Positions 41,501 through 49,100 of a stretch of DNA of 64,000 nt are shown here, in pieces (the first letter of the stretch is position 1; each line of letters starts with the position of its first letter). The notes under the pieces are model-generated. The model saw nothing but the letters and a program-made list of their open reading frames with translations, made no database searches and was not told where the DNA came from. The position numbers and the translations under genes are program-made. The DNA lies in the IMG/VR virus record IMGVR_UViG_3300030002_000003, positions 1-64,000 of that record. One strand, 5' to 3'. The stretch comes from a virus.

Positions 41501-44500
41501 TGGCAATGTTCCCATTGTTTAAATTCATGGCTAATGGAGATTTATCTCATCTATATGATACTATGAATAGCAAAACGAAGCCAATCGACATGGTTGCTTT
41601 CCAAACTGCTGTTAAAGTAGGTAATATAGAAGCGTCTAAAATATATACCGATGCATCTAATACGGAGATGGCCGATTTGTCAAATATGGTTACTGATACC
41701 CAAGAGTATAAATACTTAAGAAAACAGTTAGTTACTGACGCTCACCATCAATCAGAGATGTCTTTGGGTACTCAACCTGCAAAGGCTGCTATGTCTAATA
41801 TTATTGGAGATAGAGTTTATCAGAATATAATACTCGACGGGAAGAAAGGTGCTACTGGCAATAGAATCCTTGAGGCGTGGAGAGCTACAAACGTTGCTCT
41901 ATCTGATAGAGGTGTTGTAGACATGGAAAAAGAATTAGGGTTCGTAAAGAATGCTGATACTGGAGTATATGAGTTTAACGAACAGAAGCTTATAGATTTA
42001 TTCTCTGCCGATGCTGAGAGATCTAAAATGCCTGATGATGTTGTAGCAAAACTTAAATCCAATACCAAAGAAAATCCTGTATCGTTACAAGCGTTGCAAG
42101 ACTGGAAATGGATTCAAAGTAGAGTCACTTCTATGATTGGAAAGAATGTTATTGATATAAAGACTCCTGGTGGAATGTTTATTCAAATGACTGCATTCGG
42201 GCTTAGAGACGACGGAACTTCTAAGGCAAAAGGTATTGGTCAATCAAACTATAAAGGAAGCTACAAGATTAATAATGGAAATAGATTAAGATTCTTGAAT
42301 GATGATGGATCTATGGATGCAGTGGTTTCTATAAACTTATTCAAAGATGTTATTCCCGCTGATATCAAAAAACTTAGCTTTACGAAGCAAGTTGATTGGT
42401 TAATATCTAACGGAATAATTGGAAATGATTCAGCTCCATCTTCTATTGGGTATCGTGTACCAACTCAAGGACTATCATCAATGTCAGCACTTAAGATCGT
42501 AGATGTCTTACCTGCAAATATAGAAGATACTATAATTCTTCCTACTGAGTTCACCAAACTTACCGGCTCTGACTTTGATATTGATAAGCTTTATATAGCT
42601 AGATATAATTTCAAAACTGATTCAGAAGGCGCTATTAGAAAAGTAGAGTTCGACGATTCTAGAATTGGGAAGAATGGAGAAGATGCTTATCACTCAAATA
42701 GTACTACTGCTTTACAGAATAGACTATTAGATCTATTTATGGGCATATTAACAGATCCATCTAATGCTCATGAAACAAGGATGCCATTGGATACTGTTAC
42801 TGACGAGTTAAAAGGCAAAGGTGGTATATTAGAAGATATAGACAAGTTATCAAATGCATCTAGATCTACATATCCATTTGAACATGTAACTCCTGCTTAT
42901 CAATCTAGAAAGAAAGCTGAGTATGCTGGAGGTAAAGGTGGTATTGGGCCAATGGCATTAGCAAATGCTCACCATGTTCTTACCCAGGTAGCTAAATTAG
43001 AGTTCTTCGATAGAGGCCCTATTAAGAAATTCGGGATGAAGGATCTAGGACTTGTGTACGGTAAAGATGGTAAACGTATTCTTGACTGGCTATCTGCCAT
43101 GATCAATGCATTCGTAGATATTGCTAAAGATCCATATATCATACGTTTGAATATGAATCCATTTACTTACAGTACTGCTGAGTTATTGCTTAGAACTGGA
43201 CTAGGAAAAGATACTTTCTATTACTTGTCTCAACCAATCCTTAAGGACGTCGCTGCTGCAGTATTATTGACAAAAGGTAGATATGGTTCAATTAAAACTT
43301 TAAGTGCCTATGAGAGGGAGCAAATAGCCATTAATGAGGTTAAGCAAACCTATATCAACGCTGCTGTTGATGCTGCTAGAAAGGAAGGTGGTCCTGTTAA
43401 TGAAAAGATAGCTAAATTGAATGCAATTGAAACTAATTTAGATGATTTTGGTAGAAAGATTCTGGCTAATGAGCATATATTTGGTCATGACTTTTTAGTT
43501 TCCCAGATATCTGGTGATAGAAATTCATTCGACTGGAACTATAATCAGATAATGATGATGGAAACATTCGAGGAATTAGCTCCATTCTCTAAAGCATTGG
43601 CCGAGCTAGTTAAGTACTCTCAAGTAGATGGTAAGAAGTGGGGCAACACCCTTATTTCAATGTCTATGTATAATGACAACGTTAATGAGCTTATTGCTAA
43701 GGGAAAATCTGGGGTGTTTAGGAATCTACCTGAATTCTATTCTAAAACGTTCCTTGGAGCTAAATTGAAGAATGCTATTACAATGTCAAATTCTATTGGC
43801 AATTCAATGTTCTTTAGAACTACTCCAATAATGTATAACTTCCTTAAAAAGGCTGGAGCATTAACAGGATCTAGAAAACTACTTAGCTCTGAGACTGTAG
43901 AGTCTATTGCAGATGCTACTGATTCACTTATTAAGTCAGAGTTCTTTATCAATAGGGCTAATAAACAGGGAGTTGAAATAAAAGACTTATTCTATGGAGC
44001 AGATTCAATGGCTAGACGCCTATATAAAATAAAGGATAAAATAGCCAAGGCTGACAAAAATTCATTGTATTTAAGCTTAAAGAATAACGTATTTATCAAT
44101 CACCTTAAACCAGATATAGCTACAGTTAGGTATATTGAAACTAAGGATGAAGCTGGAAATGTTATCTCAAATAGAGACGAGTACAATCAAAGACCTGATC
44201 ATATTCTTACAGACAGTGCCAACAATTCTGACCCAAATTACGTTACTATGTTAAAAGAGTATTGGGCAGAGCTATTGGACAGCCCTATAGAGGACGTTAA
44301 TAAATTTGCTAATGACTTTATATTATATCAATTCTTCTCTAATGGAGAGAATGGTGCAATAAACCAAGTAAAATTAGGAGAGGACGTTAGAACTGATATA
44401 GGATTAGAGAAATTTATTAAAGATAGAATGAAAAATATTGCTAATGGTGAATTACCATTTGAATATAATGAAGCTATCAGAAGTATATTTGTTAATAGAT

Positions 44501-46158
44501 GGTATGATGACGACCTAGTTCCTTATGTTAAGCTAACTGAGAACCAAGGGTTAGATATGCAGGCTACTCAAATAACTGGAACTAGGGTAAATAAAATATA
44601 TAATGCACCTCAAGTTCCTTCACCAGCAATCACTTCCAACGGTAAGGCTAGACCACTCTTCTTTGTAGATGATCTTGCTAGACCAGTAGGTATAATGAGA
44701 GGTGGTGGTAATATGTTTAGTCCATTTGTTAAAGTATCTTACGATAATGGTACTTCTGTACCTGATGTAACCCTATTTGAATTAGTAGGCGTAGTTAGAA
44801 AAGGAGATGAAGGATTTGGGACTACTAAGCCAGTATATGCAGCTATAAATAAATCCAGTGAGAAAGTCGCTGGTAAATCAGTAGTTGAATTTGGCCTAGA
44901 GAAATCAATAATACCTGCCAATAAGGTGATGGCTTACGGTTCTATAAATAAGTCCGTGTTCGAAAGTAAAGATACTTTACTTCCTCATATACCAAATTTG
45001 TTTAATAGATATAATGAAGCGTATCAAAATGCAAGATTATCTATAGAGCAAATGGATAGAACTTATAATTTATTTAGCACATTTCGGCCAATTACATCAT
45101 TTGAATCATTTGAGAAACGTGATGCAGCGGCTAAAGAAGTTACCGATACTGTAGGTGATTTGTACGATAAAGTAATAAACTATGCTAACATAGCTAAGTC
45201 TACTGGTGATTTTGATGCCTACCAAATGTTATCTGATATACAATCTGATGATAATGGTTATTCTGAATCACAAATAGCAGCAGCTCTGTATTTATATGCA
45301 GACACTCTAAAGTCGCTATTTAATGAGAATGCATCAGAAACAGAGTTTAAGGCCGTAGATAGCATATATGATAAATTAGGCGCTAAGACCGAAAGCAAAA
45401 ATGTAAGAATAGTTAAATGGGCTGATCTAAAAGATGCTACAGAACCGTATATACGAGTTGGAGGACATGTAGTAAATGTAATATCAACAAGAATAAAAAA
45501 CTCTGATGAACATTTTGGAAATCCATTTAGTCCTGACGCTAGAATACTTGCTAATAATAAAGATTTAATAAAAGCCGACAGTACTAAAGACGCGGTTGAG
45601 AAGTATATTGACTGGATTATTTACGGAGGCGGTGCGTTTCTAGAAGAAGGCACTGGGCATCCAACAGAGCTTAGTGAAAGGGTTGATGAACTTAAATCAA
45701 GAAGAGGCTGGATTTTGTCTAAGCTGAAGACAGGCGAATTTAAAGATAAACCAATCTTATATTACACAGAACTTGGAGAGCCATCTCATGCAACTGCATT
45801 AGATTACTTAATCAATAGATATTCATTTAAAGATGATTTAATCAACTCTGAAGAATCTAATGATCAAATCACTAATTCCAATGAGATAGTGTCTAAAAAC
45901 GCACTTAAAGCTCGTGTAGAGGAATACACCAACAAACATATGGATGAGAATAAGGCGTATTCTGAATATTTTAACGACTACAAGGAAATTCCAATATCTG
46001 AAGGATGGACTGAAGATAAAATAGCATTATCTGAAAATTCAATAGAAGCTATAAATGGCGGACTTGAATCTATAGGATTACCTAGAATATCTCAAGAGGA
46101 TTATAACAATATGTCACAAGAAGAATTAGATAAACTAAAAGCCTGTTATGGCATATAA
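32590..46158 (+). CDS. Giant virion-packaged DNA-dependent RNA polymerase polyprotein (4522 aa)
   Basis: Catalytic GSDFDIDK (DFDIDK at 42571-42588) preceded by IGYRVPTQG, plus AMINAFVDIAKDP; zincin motif AYHEAFHRV (HEAFH at 38056-38070); acidic Pro-rich linker ~35850-36270; N-terminal cargo-like part with hydrophobic helices. Confidence 0.92.
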   Translation: MKRPKIDKRIITPGAMADYAKREASWSGMLMSAGDLSVGNYKKVAPEAPEVDTEAQDKEIARKVDVAVAEKLKAAEAGKVDTNLIPKEDKATEAPTNPLEQKQWEVNQNNWFEAYKNKLGPKSYPLTTGPSETPLFDSMKEGAKNTINFVNTGLNQIFDFPATLSDIGSHAVKFAAKSANEIDQFGKANYFSDSWKATANGFDDSHISKAAGEQVEVLGQARDGIETMSDVIKTDPTMQEALLAYNEWSKRPDKMDDGNGMPVWDQVQSDLRPAFDKHYSTIKKYIEARDKFSPNMFNTGESFEKTAHKAGLLDGIGNFVDQLGNSITGVDENNSLAGNVSRSGSGASNAEAYPKGFTPYMQPDGKPVPNYALPSTEELFGKGPGYDMRATNGYLNAMNKINLQDMKTEEDVAWHMRQKKARGDASNAFLVKQNQNDNILFSMPSQVGISSGDVTTQFASTGLSMALGAASGVSKNPFIKGAITAVNFGSNLALNAYQRKHENWMELDDNHRTKVNEYLAKNGGGDSNMLYNQSDDKILKPLLTDGAGGDEVNKARQELKENGALSTETRAIIERGILSRRIKTSDKVTNDALANGDVKLKEYMKQNDAFMWTDVAESMIMSIPFGSGATKAIELAAKPEASAAAKFAAKTIEMAEGKYTKTIGKIMQHGAMIVPKIAAAHTVDALGEAFEESGQYVNGQNYIKNHMNEYDSYIGSLIEGTNSGISGIKMILGENVDKNYYDKDQLEMNAKAGFYMGLIMPLPFTAFHTATEIRENSRENRAKSYIDGGIGAQIDSESRITKANFYVNAATKGMGDAVENHIENLSANNKDPYKKRQFQDEAKFAKEVLSVADSPQVTKFAKNNGKYGSEDHKLLTSLIVDHSAAYEDAVKKVDESNSILDKSSKTDFESDFTFQSAFNQINSRREDGSEAIIPKNVQQELHSLMAEKQATEVLINFKELSDAHDIDRKDKTVNSPQNKQFKSDLKSRLMSINNRINSFADVMSIPKEEFNDLPMAKSSNESKTALSTGIAAQEGSRYDSDVVNALSGYESKRNSNGEQSFKKMSDAKHTATVLDYLDKYRAARQSEDETEDNLQSREAEKASKDDSKTVLEENGIPHPGTHEEPATELEMAPAEEPLTTVTSSVEPTEETKPVSTEAPQVQEEPIKEVLPEEDVETSSKETPESSDVTPEPAPEVQEEPLAPTEPKGEQSVEAEEKATKETISTEKQAGRNTFAYASRMFYGVTANAVAPKSINGQRVKSHEELGKLLATNDFLVDTEIEFTMQDKNPNIGGFIPGHRTTYDQAAIIAVINKKSGPMKGYYVAMVTDPSANTATVRSMQEIIALSNFRRGIIESIASNETLPSDKKVKVVASVVKVNDGEIKTLLVDGQSVIHEQRNIADVPGFGLPMKDGKVVWSEVSSETIGLHLGKGDRGDRAIMDADQHVVSYVKDESNSGNAFISVTTPVRKDKREIKVNQKQIKRETQEVIDLIYDLVINKAASDAERIYTSHKGKQLDTGVSAFSLLDKLINFGEKTIVQESRTEEERKYLLPKQFYISSDSAARFIVYGEDSMTLDQAKTESGAKIIKDFIVGGMHWNLEKNHLSIEGTPVRVNQLFPQLDYLFNETNLGIDKVEFAKGFTITKEDVNSLTWAAWMLKNGKITTDAIDGIFGNPYLHVESYDVVPKNSISTPVSSDGGLRGLGASESVVNNSINDSVQPDKSFVTEPTVEREISPDSYDELPSFDDLMNFDLEGAPKEVNGPVTKEMNSDIESAWLMDKLGLNEDEIDIRDEIIKLAHDRRAMGLMAESSIVLWNKGEAGTAYHEAFHRVSLLLLNQSERNRIYSLARNSNSELTNATEKQIEEHLAELFREQMLSPTHVSDVLGIRKFFRKIANTTRRFLGMTPRTINRLFKDIQLGAYSDVKVDRSSLNRFKEAYTEGAEYGIKELKLRNIGTYSELFAIRDSLVYAMFQLNNVAAIGDISDLDMGTLKSWIKKVSADKSNESRSALFTEIDERFEDIFKPKINQFLAAMDIKEVDEDNRTESDSNQIADEAADHSKASYEISKADNTRASVKMFIATMPNSEMIDGKPTVSLEPLTGIPTFVPFVPSWNKMISELSDMSTVPMMIEKIDRLSKVDPFYKLLLGRLNKVDAKTGKMMLTDQFITQFWGSLFSMRHQFINIGYREIAESKDDIRNLFVIRDSDVERATRELPTLWGQSFAENPSLFPTDENGDKSFNKEYAQSIKDRYLTGLLSQTKPSKDKTKQIDLNVEENRNAVLDEIVDLYNMVGIAIDRDTLNYMLQGKKGTASEMVAELTKYLTDTKSGSMSILFNNVMSSLIKNNGELLKSAKNRKSEIRREVKEIFLNEKFAERLAVAQSKSHKSYVEATVIGADGAKLYQVSQNNIISDTVRELNTNPELVNNLINTTYVGGFVNANGVSTGSRVLRQLKDGTSKGIDLKTFVKLTEEGARDKGRDYLSISDAEDYVMKMSALANDYMTIPTMADKKTYMFVSGVELIHQPIVYSRFIKQGADGKNVADITIDFPSEAKNQLSQYMRAEFMSIKNAWQEFKTGQDLIKVYHYKSNRDGSISHGNGLRFRYFGNISAAVLLGADVINKDISLNSYLDIAEDTGNKQAFDDVLDNIERLMLNDYEVMNSVINASLMSALKKEVAYAGSIGVIEYNGTIGSIKNKLLDRGSISRKSAEMDSLLSSYDPVSGNKISNYGEQAAILDALSENLVNEIISVIEFEKLFSKDPAFYKDTDAKIKRLSSMLSTGTNLRTEWPIGHNLQGVTTFTSAEAADNIVGSREYDKVLNRFKANEINELIVAHGKLYVYDLHDLIENHSLPAESRDQAKEDRLQMLQKSFKEEFIAGSKIAEKNSAGYGLNGIDETDATVYITPKMWRNMQEMLGDWNPDMQEAFDLLESKEQSWVNNDEQYNKVAKLAMAPMKMIYFGSKVDSERGLDIPKLDKMAMFPLFKFMANGDLSHLYDTMNSKTKPIDMVAFQTAVKVGNIEASKIYTDASNTEMADLSNMVTDTQEYKYLRKQLVTDAHHQSEMSLGTQPAKAAMSNIIGDRVYQNIILDGKKGATGNRILEAWRATNVALSDRGVVDMEKELGFVKNADTGVYEFNEQKLIDLFSADAERSKMPDDVVAKLKSNTKENPVSLQALQDWKWIQSRVTSMIGKNVIDIKTPGGMFIQMTAFGLRDDGTSKAKGIGQSNYKGSYKINNGNRLRFLNDDGSMDAVVSINLFKDVIPADIKKLSFTKQVDWLISNGIIGNDSAPSSIGYRVPTQGLSSMSALKIVDVLPANIEDTIILPTEFTKLTGSDFDIDKLYIARYNFKTDSEGAIRKVEFDDSRIGKNGEDAYHSNSTTALQNRLLDLFMGILTDPSNAHETRMPLDTVTDELKGKGGILEDIDKLSNASRSTYPFEHVTPAYQSRKKAEYAGGKGGIGPMALANAHHVLTQVAKLEFFDRGPIKKFGMKDLGLVYGKDGKRILDWLSAMINAFVDIAKDPYIIRLNMNPFTYSTAELLLRTGLGKDTFYYLSQPILKDVAAAVLLTKGRYGSIKTLSAYEREQIAINEVKQTYINAAVDAARKEGGPVNEKIAKLNAIETNLDDFGRKILANEHIFGHDFLVSQISGDRNSFDWNYNQIMMMETFEELAPFSKALAELVKYSQVDGKKWGNTLISMSMYNDNVNELIAKGKSGVFRNLPEFYSKTFLGAKLKNAITMSNSIGNSMFFRTTPIMYNFLKKAGALTGSRKLLSSETVESIADATDSLIKSEFFINRANKQGVEIKDLFYGADSMARRLYKIKDKIAKADKNSLYLSLKNNVFINHLKPDIATVRYIETKDEAGNVISNRDEYNQRPDHILTDSANNSDPNYVTMLKEYWAELLDSPIEDVNKFANDFILYQFFSNGENGAINQVKLGEDVRTDIGLEKFIKDRMKNIANGELPFEYNEAIRSIFVNRWYDDDLVPYVKLTENQGLDMQATQITGTRVNKIYNAPQVPSPAITSNGKARPLFFVDDLARPVGIMRGGGNMFSPFVKVSYDNGTSVPDVTLFELVGVVRKGDEGFGTTKPVYAAINKSSEKVAGKSVVEFGLEKSIIPANKVMAYGSINKSVFESKDTLLPHIPNLFNRYNEAYQNARLSIEQMDRTYNLFSTFRPITSFESFEKRDAAAKEVTDTVGDLYDKVINYANIAKSTGDFDAYQMLSDIQSDDNGYSESQIAAALYLYADTLKSLFNENASETEFKAVDSIYDKLGAKTESKNVRIVKWADLKDATEPYIRVGGHVVNVISTRIKNSDEHFGNPFSPDARILANNKDLIKADSTKDAVEKYIDWIIYGGGAFLEEGTGHPTELSERVDELKSRRGWILSKLKTGEFKDKPILYYTELGEPSHATALDYLINRYSFKDDLINSEESNDQITNSNEIVSKNALKARVEEYTNKHMDENKAYSEYFNDYKEIPISEGWTEDKIALSENSIEAINGGLESIGLPRISQEDYNNMSQEELDKLKACYGI

Positions 46159-46163
46159 TAAAT

Positions 46164-49100
46164 ATGAAACACTGTATTAATCTTAAAAGTCCTGATTTTC
46201 AGGCATTAGCAAAAGGATCTAACATGCATCCAGCTGTATTAGCAGCAAAAATGGGTATATGGCAAGATGAAAATAATACGAGTGAATGGCCTACTCTAGA
46301 TCAACTAACGTCGGAATCTTCCGAATTAGTAAAGGATGGAGTAGATTTTGTATTTAGCCAAAATCCAGAGCTGTTAAATATTGGAAGTAAGCAGCTATAT
46401 TCTCAATACGTAAATAATATATTTCCAGAAAGTGAAGTTAAATATATTGCTTATCATGGAACTAATAGTGAATTTGATAAATTTAGTTTAGAATTTGAGG
46501 GATCTAATGAAAAAGGTGGTAGAGGAAAAGGATTGAACTTTTCAAAAGATTTGTCTGATAGCGACATGTATGGAGACATTAAGATGCCAGTCGTATTGAA
46601 TGCTGTAAATAGAGTTCAAAAAGATTCAGAGGCAAAAGATATTGATTTATCATACATTGATGATGTAGATGAAATTGTTTTATATAATCCAGATCAAATT
46701 CACATACTTGGATCTAAATCCGATATCGATGGATTTCGAAATTTTATAGAAGAGAATAAGCAAGAAACTGATACTATAAAATTCCAACGCTCAAATGTAG
46801 AAGTTCTTCCATTGGCTGGAAATGAAGCTCTGTATAAAGACAAAAACCTAGTCAATGATAAAGGAGAAATCAAGTTCTTTGACAATTATGCAGCCGGCAA
46901 AAAAGCAGAAGCTTCATTTAATAGAAGCACTGATTATCAATTCATACTCAAACCGTCTCAATCTAGAACCAAAGAAGGATGGAGATTATTTATAGTTAAA
47001 CCTATTGTTGAAAGAGATGGTCAAGCTAGAATACAGTTTCAATCGCCAAATGATGCTGCAGAATCGTTAAATAACGCTGCTAGTGCGTTCGCTAAGTCTA
47101 ATACAGACGCTATAATCAACGAGAATGCCCCTAGGAGCTTCACTACGGCCTCTAAATCTCTTTTTAATGCAATTGATCGTCTCAGAATAAAAGCGTCTAA
47201 GATCAGCGGATATCAATCCAAGGCTATCGTCTATTCTATAGCAAAGAATATATCAGATAGGACTGGCATTGAGTTTTCTGTTATATCTCAAGAAGAAGCT
47301 GCTGCTATGCATGCAAATTGGGGAGGATCTCCAGGAATGTATGACTCAGCAAATAAGAAGGCATATTTAGTAGAGGGTCTATTTGACGCATCTACTGCTG
47401 TACATGAGATATTCGGTCACCCATTTCTAGACTCATTAAAAGAGACTGATGAGGGCAGACAAATCCTATCCGATTTACTGTCTGAGGCTAAACTCAATAG
47501 CCTGGTTATAGAGAGTGCAACGAGTAGATATGGCGAAGACGTTAGTGATGATGAAATAACACTTGCAGCGCTAGATTTATTTATACAAGAGAAAGTAGCT
47601 AGCAATAGTGGCCTATATAATGCCATTAAAGCCTATTTTAAGGCGTTTACAGACCTCATTAAAGGGGTTATAGGTAAATCATCCAACGACATAGTTTCAA
47701 TCAAACCTGGCACATCTATTGAAGCCATAGGTAATTGGGCTTGGAATGGAGAAGGACGACTTAAATTAATGGACTCGTATCCTGATGGAATTGTTCCAGG
47801 GATAGAGGCTGCAATATTTCCATTCAATGCAGACAATCACGATGCTACAGATTATGGAATAGGCCTTAATAATGAATTAATAGGTCACATATTAGTTAGT
47901 GATGATGGTCGCATCTCTAGCACTATAGGGCAGGCGGGCGTAGAGCTTGATAAAGAGTATGTTGGAAAGGGATACGGCCTTTCATCATATTTAGCTGTTG
48001 CTAAGGAACTTGCCAGTTCAGGAAAAACATTAAAATCCGAGGGTCTTGGAAAATCCAATATAAATGAAGCAGCTAGACGAGTTTGGGCTTCATTGATCAA
48101 AAAAGGATATGCGGTGGATAGAGGCGATTATTTTGAAATAGTAAATCTTGAATCTGAATTTAGATCCATGTTGAATGTAGCTGACTCAATAGCCAATACA
48201 AATACAGAGACGGAGTTCAATCTTATGCTTGATAATGGAGATGTCGAAGGATTTGTAAATTCTATTGCATTAAATGAACATAACTCAGAATTAGTTAAAG
48301 CTTGGATATTTGAAAATGATCCAGCTACCTTATGGGATTTGGCTCATGGAATGAAATCAGACTTAGTTGGGTTCAATGAGCATATATCCAAGAGTAGTGA
48401 TATACTATTTCAAAGACCTACGGTAGAAGCTAGAATTGAACATGCAAAGGATTTAGCTAAACAGAGAGAGTCTATTATGACTGGATTGCAGTCAAGACTT
48501 AGCTCCTTGAAGCGTGATAAGACTGCTACTATTACAGAAATAGAGGCTTTAGATGACTTACTATTAGATATAAATAAACTATCCAATTCATCTGCGGTAG
48601 TTAGATTCCTCGAATACGCAAATAATGAAGGGTTTGACGTAAATAGAAGACTTGATGCTATGATGGGTCAGTCTAATAAGGCAGAGGAGATTGATGCTGC
48701 TAATGTAGTGTCAATTGGAGAGAACTTCTTATCTATGTTTAGAACCAATCTAAAGAAGATAAATGAGTTATTAGTCGATGAAGCTAATTTCATAACAAAC
48801 TCTATGACTCCAAGAGAAATAGATGATTTGAATAGATTAGTCAATGGTACTAATAACGACTTCGATAAGATGGCCGCTAAGTATGATACTATCGTCAAGT
48901 ATGTATATAGACAAGAGCTAGCTAAGATAGCAAATCAAGTTGGTGACTCATCTATGCAGAGTGTTATAGATAATGCATATGAGTCAGATCAAGACGTATC
49001 TGTAATGTCATTATTTATTGGCAGCCCCGCTAAGTCCAGACTAGTTCAAATTAGAGCTCTAGATAGAAAGATACTCGATGCTAAGAATGCAGCAAATTTA

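Noticed and set aside
32590-46158. Inteins or introns in the RNAP gene (also checked by eye in MCP, primase and helicase)
   Set aside because: No intein block A paired with an HN-[CST] end, and no frame breaks seen; only the portal carries an intein.
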